Assembly: GCF_000020385.1 (NCBI RefSeq) | Contig: NC_010814.1 | Location: forward strand, 1,380,001 to 1,412,000 | Source of the DNA: Trichlorobacter lovleyi SZ | GTDB taxonomy: Bacteria; Desulfobacterota; Desulfuromonadia; Geobacterales; Pseudopelobacteraceae | Reading direction: 5' to 3' | DNA length: 32,000 bases | Part shown: positions 22,896 through 32,000 of the stretch, piece after piece | Position numbering within the stretch: position 1 is the stretch's first letter | Layout: each line of letters begins with the position of its first letter | The notes under the pieces: generated by a model | What the model was told of the DNA's origin: nothing | The model's database searches: none | Seen by the model: only the letters and a program-made list of their open reading frames with translations | Position numbers and translations under genes: made by a program

Positions 22896-23384
22896 GTGAG
22901 CAGGATTAATGCGAACGATTTAAACCTGACAGACAGGGTTGTGCACATCAGTCGTGTAGCCAAGGTTGTTAAGGGTGGCCGTCGCTTCAGTTTCTCTGCA
23001 CTTGTTGTTGTTGGCGATGCCAGTGGGCACGTCGGCTATGGACTAGGCAAAGCAAATGAAGTGCCAGAAGCAATCCGCAAGGGTGTTGAGCAGGCTAAAA
23101 AGAACCTGATCAAAGTCCCCGTAAATCAGAATCAGTCCATACCCTATGAGATTATTGGGCGTTTTGGTGCAGGGCGGATACTTATGAAGCCAGCTTCTCC
23201 TGGTACAGGTGTCATCGCCGGTGGTGCAGCCCGTGCAATTTTCGAAGCTGCCGGAATTAGTAATATTCTTTCCAAGTGCCTTGGGTCCAATAACCCCCAT
23301 AACGTTGTCAAGGCTGCCTTTGAAGGTCTGCGTCTGCTTAAGACCCCGGAAGAATTGACAGCACGTCGTGGTCTGGCTGAATAA
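22896..23384 (+). CDS. rpsE: 30S ribosomal protein S5
   Basis: The track start TTG 22890 abuts the SD gggagg (22884-22889). GTG 22896 has 6-nt spacing and gives [33 protein letters not shown]... (162 aa). Confidence 0.93.
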   Translation: MSRINANDLNLTDRVVHISRVAKVVKGGRRFSFSALVVVGDASGHVGYGLGKANEVPEAIRKGVEQAKKNLIKVPVNQNQSIPYEIIGRFGAGRILMKPASPGTGVIAGGAARAIFEAAGISNILSKCLGSNNPHNVVKAAFEGLRLLKTPEELTARRGLAE

Positions 23385-23419
23385 ACAGACGTAGACTCCC
23401 TGAAGAAGGAATTGATGCC

Positions 23420-23596
23420 ATGAGTAACATGCTGGAAATTACCCTGATAAAGAGTACTATTGGTGCTACGGAGAAGCAGTGTGCAGTAGTGCGTGGCTTA
23501 GGCCTGCGTCGCCTGCACCAGACGGTTACCTTGCAGGATTCTCCTGAAACTCGCGGGATGATCAGCAAGATAAACCATATGTTGAAGGTTAAGTAA
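23420..23596 (+). CDS. rpmD: 50S ribosomal protein L30
   Basis: Not in the ORF track because it is under 60 aa. Hand translation gives 58 aa, MSNMLEITLIKSTIGATEKQCAVVRGLGLRRLHQTVTLQDSPETRGMISKINHMLKVK, with stop TAA at 23594-23596 and SD gaagga at 23405-23410. It sits in the canonical slot between S5 and L15. The start could instead be the second ATG at 23429. Confidence 0.9.
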   Translation: MSNMLEITLIKSTIGATEKQCAVVRGLGLRRLHQTVTLQDSPETRGMISKINHMLKVK

Positions 23597-23611
23597 AGGA
23601 TGGAGACCTCC

Positions 23612-24054
23612 ATGGAATTGAACAGCCTGCGACCCGCCTTGGGGTCAACCAAAAATAGAAAACGTATCGGACGCGGTATCGGATCTGGTCACGGTAAAAC
23701 TGCAACCAAAGGCCATAAAGGTCAAAAAGCTCGTTCTGGCGGCAGTATAAAGCCAGGTTTTGAAGGCGGACAGATGCCTCTTCAACGTCGTTTGCCTAAG
23801 CGTGGGTTCCGTCCGTTGGATAGAAATGAATATGTTCTGATAAACTTGCAGCAACTTGATGTGTTCGAGGCTGGTAGTTGTGTTGATCGTGATGCCATGA
23901 ATGCGAAGGGTCTGCTGAAAAAATCTGACCTGCCCATAAAGGTTCTTGCTAACGGTGATTTGACCAAGGCTTTAACTATCAAGGCTGATAAATTTAGCAA
24001 GTCTGCTATTGATAAGATTCAAGCAGCTGGCGGTAAAATTGAGGGTATCAGCGC

Positions 24055-24061
<7 letters not shown>
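23612..24061 (+). CDS. rplO: 50S ribosomal protein L15
   Basis: The start was moved from 23600 to ATG 23612, with ggag 6 nt upstream. This gives [30 protein letters not shown]... (149 aa). Confidence 0.94.
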
Positions 24062-26015
<1,954 letters not shown>

Positions 26016-26017
26016 TA

Positions 26018-26764
26018 GTGATCGTCCTGAAGTCTCTCCGTGAGATTGAGAGGATGCGCGCTTCCTGTCAAATTGTTGCTGAAGTGCTTGCTCTTTTGAA
26101 GGAAAAAACTGTTCCCGGGGTTTCAACGCTTGAGCTTGAGGATTTTGCGCTCAAAGAAACGAAAAAACGTAAAGCTGTGCCTGCTTTTAAGGGCTATGCG
26201 GGTTTTCCCTTTGCCCTGTGCTGTTCGCCGAATGATCGTGTAATTCACGGTATGCCGAATTCAGTTCCACTCAAAGAGGGGGATGTTCTGAGTATTGATT
26301 TCGGGGTGCTGTATGATGATTATTATGGAGATGCGGCTGTTACAATCCCGGTGGCTGCCGCGAGTAGAGATGCGTCAAGACTGCTTAAGGTTACTGAAGA
26401 GTCTCTGTATAAAGGGATTGACCGGGCGGTTGCTGGTGGAAGGCTGTTTGATATTTCCTGCGCTGTGCAAACTCATGTTGAGCAACATGGTTTCTCTGTT
26501 GTTCGTGATTTTGTGGGACACGGGATCGGTAAAAAATTGCATGAGGAGCCGCAGGTTCCTAACTACGGGGTGGCTGGTAGAGGTGTTCAGCTTAAACCGG
26601 GGATGGTTCTTGCAATTGAGCCGATGGTAAATATAGGTGGTTATGCCGTAAAAGTTCTTGATGACGGCTGGACTACAGTAACTGCAGACGGGAGTTTGTC
26701 TGCGCATTTTGAGCATACAGTGGCAATAACAACTCAAGGACCTGATATTCTTACACGCCTCTAA
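26018..26764 (+). CDS. map: Methionine aminopeptidase, type I
   Basis: The track ORF starts at 25946, inside adk. GTG 26018 lies 3 nt after the adk stop and gives MIVLKSLREIERMR..., matching the usual MAP N-terminus. The metal-ligand context DFVGHGIG...EP and HFEHTV is present (248 aa). Confidence 0.92.
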   Translation: MIVLKSLREIERMRASCQIVAEVLALLKEKTVPGVSTLELEDFALKETKKRKAVPAFKGYAGFPFALCCSPNDRVIHGMPNSVPLKEGDVLSIDFGVLYDDYYGDAAVTIPVAAASRDASRLLKVTEESLYKGIDRAVAGGRLFDISCAVQTHVEQHGFSVVRDFVGHGIGKKLHEEPQVPNYGVAGRGVQLKPGMVLAIEPMVNIGGYAVKVLDDGWTTVTADGSLSAHFEHTVAITTQGPDILTRL

Positions 26765-26791
26765 GAGGTGTAGGCAGAAAGGTGAGTAGCA

Positions 26792-26905
26792 ATGAAAGTT
26801 CGGGCATCTGTCAAAAAGATCTGCGATAAGTGCAAGATCATCAAGCGCAAAGGTGTTGTGCGTGTTATTTGTGACACACCCAAGCATTCTCAACGTCAAG
26901 GGTAA
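26792..26905 (+). CDS. rpmJ: 50S ribosomal protein L36 (Zn-binding form)
   Basis: Not in the ORF track. Hand translation gives 37 aa, [37 protein letters not shown], with stop TAA at 26903-26905. Confidence 0.93.
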   Translation: MKVRASVKKICDKCKIIKRKGVVRVICDTPKHSQRQG

Positions 26906-26925
26906 CAACCAAGGGAGGACGAGCA

Positions 26926-27294
26926 GTGGCACGTATTGCAGGTATTGACCTACCAAAAAACAAGCGGATAGAAATCGCCTTGACGTACATCTACGGCATC
27001 GGGCGCACAACCGCCAAGAATATTCTTGTCGCCACCAGCATAGATGGTAGCACACGCACAGATAAACTCACAGAAGCTGAGATTGGTAAGTTGCGTGAAG
27101 AAATAGATAAAAACGTCAAGGTTGAAGGTGATCTTCGTCGTGAAGTGTCTATGAATATCAAGCGTCTTATGGACCTTGGTTGCTACCGCGGCTTGCGTCA
27201 CCGTAAAGGCCTGCCTTGTCGTGGTCAACGTACGAAGACTAACGCACGTACTCGTAAGGGCCCTGCCCGGACTGTTGCAGGCAAGAAGAAGTAA
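26926..27294 (+). CDS. rpsM: 30S ribosomal protein S13
   Basis: 122 aa with a GTG start after agggagga (26912-26919). The sequence runs [26 protein letters not shown]... Confidence 0.97.
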
Positions 27295-27324
27295 TTTAAC
27301 CACAGAATACTGTCTGGAGGTAGT

Positions 27325-27717
27325 ATGGCCGCCCCGAAAAAGGTTGTCAGAAAAAAGAAAGAGAAAAAGAATATTACCAATGGCGTTGCCCATATTCAGG
27401 CAACGTTTAACAATACCATTATTACCATTACCGATCCGGTGGGTAATGTGGTTGCTTGGTCTACAGCTGGTGCAAAGGGCTTTAAAGGTTCTCGTAAGAG
27501 CACTCCTTTTGCTGCTCAGGTTGCTGCTGAAGATTGTGCTCGCAAAGCACAGGAACATGGACTTCGTAATATTGAAGTATATGTTAAAGGTCCGGGTTCA
27601 GGCCGCGAATCAGCTCTTCGTGCGCTGCAGGCAACCGGTCTGAATGTAAGTTTCATACGTGACGTAACGCCAATTCCGCACAATGGCTGCCGTCCGCCTA
27701 AGCGTAGAAGAGTTTAA
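27325..27717 (+). CDS. rpsK: 30S ribosomal protein S11
   Basis: 130 aa, ...[18 protein letters not shown]...[16 protein letters not shown]...[18 protein letters not shown]. Confidence 0.98.
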   Translation: MAAPKKVVRKKKEKKNITNGVAHIQATFNNTIITITDPVGNVVAWSTAGAKGFKGSRKSTPFAAQVAAEDCARKAQEHGLRNIEVYVKGPGSGRESALRALQATGLNVSFIRDVTPIPHNGCRPPKRRRV

Positions 27718-27766
27718 TACTACCGCTATTATCTATTAGCGCCTGATACTGTTAGAGGAGGTTGTT

Positions 27767-28393
27767 TTGGCTAGGTATATTGGACCATCCTGCCGTTTGT
27801 GCAGAAGAGAAAATATGGAGCTGTTCCTGAAAGGGGACCGTTGCTATACTGATAAATGCGCCCTGAAGCGTCGTAACTATCCTCCGGGTCAGCATGGCCA
27901 GGGACGTTCTAAAACCTCTGATTACGGTGTTCAGTTGCGTGAAAAGCAGAAAGTCAAGCGTTTGTATGGTCTGCTTGAGAAACAGTTCCGTAGTTATTTC
28001 GATCGTGCAGACCGCATGAAAGGCGTAACAGGTGAGAACTTGCTTTCACTGCTGGAGCGTCGCCTTGATAATGTTGTGTACCGTCTTGGTTTTGCTTCGT
28101 CACGTTCTGAGGCACGTCAGTTGGTTCGACATGGACATTTTGTGTTGAATGGACGTAAAGCGACGATTCCCTCTATTCAAGTGAAAGCTGGCGATACTAT
28201 TGTGCTTCGTGAAAAAAGTCGCAATGTTGCAGCAATCAGTGAAGCTCTTGATGCAGTGGTCCGCCGTGGTATTCCTCAGTGGCTCGAACTTGATCGTGAT
28301 GCCTTTACCGGATTAGCGAAAACAGTGCCGGTTCGTGAAGATATATCGACTCCGATTCAAGAGCAGCTTATCGTTGAACTTTATTCTAAGTAA
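27767..28393 (+). CDS. rpsD: 30S ribosomal protein S4 (N-terminal Cys4 motif)
   Basis: 208 aa with a TTG start after gaggagg (27754-27760). The sequence begins [32 protein letters not shown]... Confidence 0.97.
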   Translation: MARYIGPSCRLCRRENMELFLKGDRCYTDKCALKRRNYPPGQHGQGRSKTSDYGVQLREKQKVKRLYGLLEKQFRSYFDRADRMKGVTGENLLSLLERRLDNVVYRLGFASSRSEARQLVRHGHFVLNGRKATIPSIQVKAGDTIVLREKSRNVAAISEALDAVVRRGIPQWLELDRDAFTGLAKTVPVREDISTPIQEQLIVELYSK

Positions 28394-28457
28394 TAAATAT
28401 TGTTCATTTCTGAGTATACGCTGCAGTCTATCGTTTACCCCTTGGGGGAGGAATTGA

Positions 28458-29480
28458 ATGTATAAAAACTGGCGTGATCTGATAAAGCCGAAACAACTTC
28501 AGATTGAAAAAGAAACGCTTACAACAACGTATGGAAAATTCGTTGCTGAACCTTTTGAGCGTGGTTTTGGTACTACGCTAGGTAATTCGTTGCGCCGGGT
28601 TCTGCTCTCTTCTTTGCAGGGAGCTGCCATCACGTCTGTAAGAATAAAAGGTGTACAACACGAATTTTCATCAATACCTGGGGTTACCGAAGACGTAACC
28701 GATATTATTCTTAACCTGAAAAGCGTTCGTCTTCGTTTTCACGGTGCTGATCAAGCAACTATCAGGATTATCCACAAAGGTGACGGTATCATTAAGGCTG
28801 CTGATATCATGGTACCTCACAACGTGGAGATCATGAATCCTGAAATGCATATTGCAACCTGTGGCAAGGATGCAGTGTTGGAAATGGAGATGACGGTAAA
28901 GATCGGCAAAGGCTATGTCTCTGCAGACCGTAACCGTGACGAGAAGGCTCCGGTCGGCACTATTCCTATTGATGCAATTTTTTCTCCGATCATTAAAGTC
29001 AATTTTGTTGTGTCAAATGCCCGTGTTGGACAGATGACCGATTATGATAAGTTGACTCTTGAAGTCTGGACAGATGGTAGCGTAAAACCGGATGATGCCA
29101 TTGCTTATGCTGCAAAAATTGTTAAAGAGCAAATGTCGATATTTATAAATTTTGATGAAGAGTCTGAGCCTTTGTTCCAAGATGAAGCTGCGGAAGATGA
29201 TTCTAAGATAAATGAAAATCTGTACCGTACTGTGGAAGAACTTGAGCTGTCAGTACGTTCTGCAAACTGTCTGAAAAATGCTGGTATCAAGTTGATTGGT
29301 GAGTTGGTCTCAAAAACTGAAGCGGAAATGCTCAAAACCCAAAACTTCGGTCGCAAGTCTCTTAACGAGATTAAGGACATTTTAAATGAGATGGGATTGA
29401 CCTTCGGTATGAAGCTTGATTCTTTCCCCGATCCTGAAGTAGTTAAACGTCTGCGTGGCGAGCAAAAAGACGAAGAGTAA
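28458..29480 (+). CDS. rpoA: DNA-directed RNA polymerase subunit alpha
   Basis: 340 aa. The N-terminal domain is ...[30 protein letters not shown]... The C-terminal domain is ...[23 protein letters not shown]... Confidence 0.97.
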   Translation: MYKNWRDLIKPKQLQIEKETLTTTYGKFVAEPFERGFGTTLGNSLRRVLLSSLQGAAITSVRIKGVQHEFSSIPGVTEDVTDIILNLKSVRLRFHGADQATIRIIHKGDGIIKAADIMVPHNVEIMNPEMHIATCGKDAVLEMEMTVKIGKGYVSADRNRDEKAPVGTIPIDAIFSPIIKVNFVVSNARVGQMTDYDKLTLEVWTDGSVKPDDAIAYAAKIVKEQMSIFINFDEESEPLFQDEAAEDDSKINENLYRTVEELELSVRSANCLKNAGIKLIGELVSKTEAEMLKTQNFGRKSLNEIKDILNEMGLTFGMKLDSFPDPEVVKRLRGEQKDEE

Positions 29481-29528
29481 CACCGGTTAGGTGTGGATAT
29501 TTAGGTAGACAGCAGAAAGGAAGAACCG

Positions 29529-29903
29529 ATGCGTCATAATAATTCAGGTAGAAGACTGGGCCGTACAACCAGTCATCGTATTGCCATGTTTCGAAATATG
29601 GTAACTTCACTCCTTAACCACGAGCGCATTGTGACCACTGATGCCAAGGCTAAGGAAATCCGTTCCGTTGCTGAAAAAATGATCACTCTTGGTAAGCGTG
29701 GAGACCTGCATGCGCATCGTCAGGCTGCTGCCTATATCCGCGAAAAGTCTGTCGTCACCAAGTTGTTCAGCACGATAGCACCACGTTATAAAGATCGCGC
29801 CGGCGGGTATACCCGTATTATCAAGCTTGGTCAGCGACTTGGTGATGCTGCATCCCTTTCGGTAATTGAATTGGTTGAAGAAGCTGCACCTCAACAATCT
29901 TAA
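29529..29903 (+). CDS. rplQ: 50S ribosomal protein L17
   Basis: 124 aa, [37 protein letters not shown]...[10 protein letters not shown]. Confidence 0.98.
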   Translation: MRHNNSGRRLGRTTSHRIAMFRNMVTSLLNHERIVTTDAKAKEIRSVAEKMITLGKRGDLHAHRQAAAYIREKSVVTKLFSTIAPRYKDRAGGYTRIIKLGQRLGDAASLSVIELVEEAAPQQS

Positions 29904-29927
29904 TTTTACTTAGATATTTGTGGTTAA

Positions 29928-29957
29928 GAATAGCGTTTCAGCAATGAAACGCTATTC
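29928..29957. terminator. Perfect 13-bp hairpin between convergent genes (candidate bidirectional terminator, no U-tract)
   Basis: gaatagcgtttca (29928-29940) pairs with tgaaacgctattc (29945-29957), with the 4-nt loop gcaa. It lies between the rplQ stop (29903) and the stop of the minus-strand gene (29979). Neither side has a clear T-run, so terminator function is inferred from position only. Confidence 0.5.
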
Positions 29958-29978
29958 ATGTCTGCAGCTCTCACGAAC

Positions 29979-30431
29979 CTAAGTAACCAGATCAACTACC
30001 AGTCCTTTAATGCCTATTACTGATGCTGTAATAGACATTCTGTCCTTCTGCTCCTTTACGACAAGTTCATATAATTTATCCGCCTCTTTATCAATCACAG
30101 TGATTATTTCATAGTATCTAGGGTTCATGGGGGTTCCCCCGATTTTTTCCAAACGGTAAGCTTCGTTTGACACCTGCTTTGCGAGCTTACTTAAAAGTTC
30201 TCGAAAACGCCTGAAATTCTGGATAGTGGGCTCCTTCTCAAGGGCCTCACCCGCCGTATCAAGTGCGGCCCGAAGGTCGCTGATAGTCTGTTCATGCTGA
30301 TTAACCTCTAGTTGCTTCGCCTGTAACTCTGACGAGAAAAGTGAAAATAAGCCTGGTTTGGGTGGCGTGGATGCCAGGGGCTGATGCCCCTTGCGAAGGT
30401 CTTTTACACTGGTTTTGTCAGAGATTTTCAT
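29979..30431 (-). CDS. DUF327 / YaaR-like protein of unknown function (150 aa)
   Basis: This is the minus-strand ORF. On that strand gggag abuts the first ATG (30437), so the second ATG (30431, 6-nt spacing) is the preferred start. Length and pattern match my recollection of the DUF327 family (B. subtilis YaaR): an N-terminal K/S-rich region, a helical middle (IQNFRRFRELLSKLAKQV) and the C-terminal ...YYEIITVIDKEADKLYELVV...IGIKGLVVDLVT. The family assignment is from memory, not a search. Confidence 0.6.
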   Translation of the reverse strand: MKISDKTSVKDLRKGHQPLASTPPKPGLFSLFSSELQAKQLEVNQHEQTISDLRAALDTAGEALEKEPTIQNFRRFRELLSKLAKQVSNEAYRLEKIGGTPMNPRYYEIITVIDKEADKLYELVVKEQKDRMSITASVIGIKGLVVDLVT

Positions 30432-30560
30432 TATCATCTCCCGGGATAGAGTAGTAATTTAAGTTGAGCTCAGACTAGCATGTAAATACGGTTTTCAACC
30501 AGATACCTGTATGCTACTCTTGCAGAAAATACAGCATAACTTGATAAATAGAGGCACGCC

Positions 30561-32000
30561 GTGCTTACAGTTGTTGAACGAAAAAAAAGGGTCAGAGAGG
30601 CATTAGTCATTGTTCTGGCTATTCTGCTGATTGTCTTGTTGACCGGCGTGGAAATACGCTTGACACAAATCAGTTCCAAGGCGCCATTGTCAAGCAACGT
30701 TGTTATCTTTGGCATGATAAATGTCATAGTTTTGCTCGTTGTTCTGCTTGTGTATCTCATAAGCCGAAATATTGTAAAGCTGTTAATAGAAAGTCGTGCC
30801 AACGTATTAGCAACCCGTCTTCGAACCAAGCTTGTCATATCTTTCGTTGGTTTGTCTCTTGTCCCCACTATGCTGCTGTTTTTTGCCTCTGCCAGCTTCA
30901 TAACCAACAGTATACAAAACTGGTTTAACGTACAGGTAGAGACGTCATTAAGCGAATCTTTGGAGGTGGCACAGACCTATTACAAGACGTCTGCCAGTAG
31001 TGCCTTGTTTTATGCCCGGCGTTTGAGCGAAACAATCAAGCGAGAACGGCTGTTAAACGATGATAGCCTTCCTCGCATGAAGTCGGTTGTCCGTGATAAA
31101 CAGAAAGAATACAACCTTGGCATTGTCGAGGTCTTTTCATCTCAACGTGAAGAACTGATACGTGCCTCAAACCCCGATGTGCCTCTAGGTGATTTAACAA
31201 GCCCAAACTCTGAGGACATTAATCAGGCGTTAGCCGGTCGTGAACTTACCAAGGTCAATTCTGTTGGTAAAGCGGATCTTATTCGTGGGATTGTCCCGAT
31301 ATATTCAACTTACAATGATCGTGACGTGGTTGGTGTCGTTGTTGTTAATTATTACGTCTCGCATTCTCTTGTCAGCAAGATGCGTGAGATATCTTCTGCC
31401 TATCAAGAGTTCAGACGTCTCAAGATTCTCAAAAACCCTATTACCACAGGTTATCTTCTGGTCCTTTTCCTTATTGCCTCCGTGATAGTTTTCCTCTCCT
31501 TTTGGATCGGTATTTATCTGGCCAACAGCATGACAAAGCCGATTCAGTCATTGGTTGAGGGAACACGAGCCGTCGCAGAAGGTGACCTTGATGTTGTCAT
31601 TGATGCAGAAGGGCCTGATGAAATAGGCATGTTAGTGCGCTCATTTAACACCATGATACTAGATCTGCGTACTCAACGGCAGGTTCTGAGTACTACGAAC
31701 GAAGAGCTGAAGCATATTAACCATGAGATTGAGTCGCGTCGTCGCTATATGGAGATCGTGCTGCGTAACGTGGCCGCAGGTGTTATTTCTGTTGATCGGG
31801 AGGGAGTCATAACTACCATCAATACCTCTGCTGAACGCCTGTTGCATATTAATATAGCACATGTTCTCGGGCGCAATTTCCGTGAAGTGATGCGTGAGGC
31901 ACATCTCGAAATAGTCCGTGACGCCTTACGAGATATGGCTCTTACCCGCCACGATACTATCAGCAGGCAGATCACCCTCGAGATGAGAGGTGAACGCAGG
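30561..32000 (+). CDS. NtrY-like membrane sensor histidine kinase, N-terminal 480 codons (3' end outside the window)
   Basis: Hand-translated open frame, absent from the track because there is no stop in the window. It starts at GTG 30561, the first start codon after the in-frame TAG at 30549-30551, with agagg 6 nt upstream. It has three N-terminal hydrophobic segments, an extracytoplasmic region of about 175 aa and a fourth TM segment (TTGYLLVLFLIASVIVFLSFWIGIYLA). These are followed by a HAMP-like PIQSLVEGTRAVAEGDLDVVIDAEGPDEIGMLVRSFNTM, a coiled coil and the beginning of a PAS domain (RNVAAGVISVDREGVITTINTSAERLL). The kinase core would lie beyond nt 32000. Confidence 0.75.
   Translation, partial: MLTVVERKKRVREALVIVLAILLIVLLTGVEIRLTQISSKAPLSSNVVIFGMINVIVLLVVLLVYLISRNIVKLLIESRANVLATRLRTKLVISFVGLSLVPTMLLFFASASFITNSIQNWFNVQVETSLSESLEVAQTYYKTSASSALFYARRLSETIKRERLLNDDSLPRMKSVVRDKQKEYNLGIVEVFSSQREELIRASNPDVPLGDLTSPNSEDINQALAGRELTKVNSVGKADLIRGIVPIYSTYNDRDVVGVVVVNYYVSHSLVSKMREISSAYQEFRRLKILKNPITTGYLLVLFLIASVIVFLSFWIGIYLANSMTKPIQSLVEGTRAVAEGDLDVVIDAEGPDEIGMLVRSFNTMILDLRTQRQVLSTTNEELKHINHEIESRRRYMEIVLRNVAAGVISVDREGVITTINTSAERLLHINIAHVLGRNFREVMREAHLEIVRDALRDMALTRHDTISRQITLEMRGERR

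Noticed and set aside
26765-26791. Absence of infA between map and rpmJ, where it sits in the Bacillus-type cluster.
   Set aside because: The spacer is only 27 nt, so the gene is simply located elsewhere, as in E. coli. This is a gene-order variant with no evidence of loss or pseudogenisation in this window.
30500-30530. Possible sigma54 (-24/-12) promoter upstream of the NtrY-like kinase, because of a TTGCA element (cttgcag).
   Set aside because: The position 10 nt upstream of the GC dinucleotide reads TG rather than the invariant GG. The match is too poor to call.
30470-30907. Track ORF of 145 aa on the minus strand, in the otherwise unannotated region after the DUF327 gene.
   Set aside because: It is antisense to the N-terminal transmembrane region of the + strand NtrY-like kinase ORF. 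That ORF stays open for 480 codons to the window end and has a coherent TM-HAMP-PAS architecture. The minus-strand product has no recognisable features.

Overview
This window is an ordinary core housekeeping locus. I do not see a convincing novel biological system in it.

The + strand is almost completely filled by the bacterial ribosomal-protein / RNA-polymerase super-cluster in canonical order:
- rplA (3' part)-rplJ-rplL-rpoB-rpoC, ending in a strong intrinsic terminator.
- A 375-nt spacer with two promoter-like elements.
- rpsL-rpsG-fusA-tuf-rpsJ-rplC-rplD-rplW-rplB-rpsS-rplV-rpsC-rplP-rpmC-rpsQ-rplN-rplX-rplE-rpsN(Z type)-rpsH-rplF-rplR-rpsE-rpmD-rplO-secY-adk-map-rpmJ-rpsM-rpsK-rpsD-rpoA-rplQ.

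After rplQ come a convergent small DUF327/YaaR-like gene on the - strand and the 5' 480 codons of an NtrY-like membrane sensor histidine kinase on the + strand, which runs off the window.

Two genes under 60 aa are missing from the ORF track and were found by hand translation: rpmD and rpmJ. So was the open-ended kinase ORF. Several track ORFs start too far upstream and were re-anchored on SD-preceded starts.

The EF-Tu, beta' and L7/L12 sequences look Geobacter/Desulfuromonadales-like. That is from memory, not from a search.

I found no rRNA, tRNA, CRISPR, transposase, integrase or repeat family. All spacers inside the rpsL-rplQ block are 64 nt or shorter.

The features that deviate from the textbook locus are modest:
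- An extra in-frame segment of about 130 aa in the RNA polymerase beta subunit.
- The unexplained rpoC-rpsL spacer, with tandem near-consensus promoters and a possible small leader or RNA.
- A structured rplJ leader.
- A Cys4 form of L24.
- The one gene of unknown function (DUF327).
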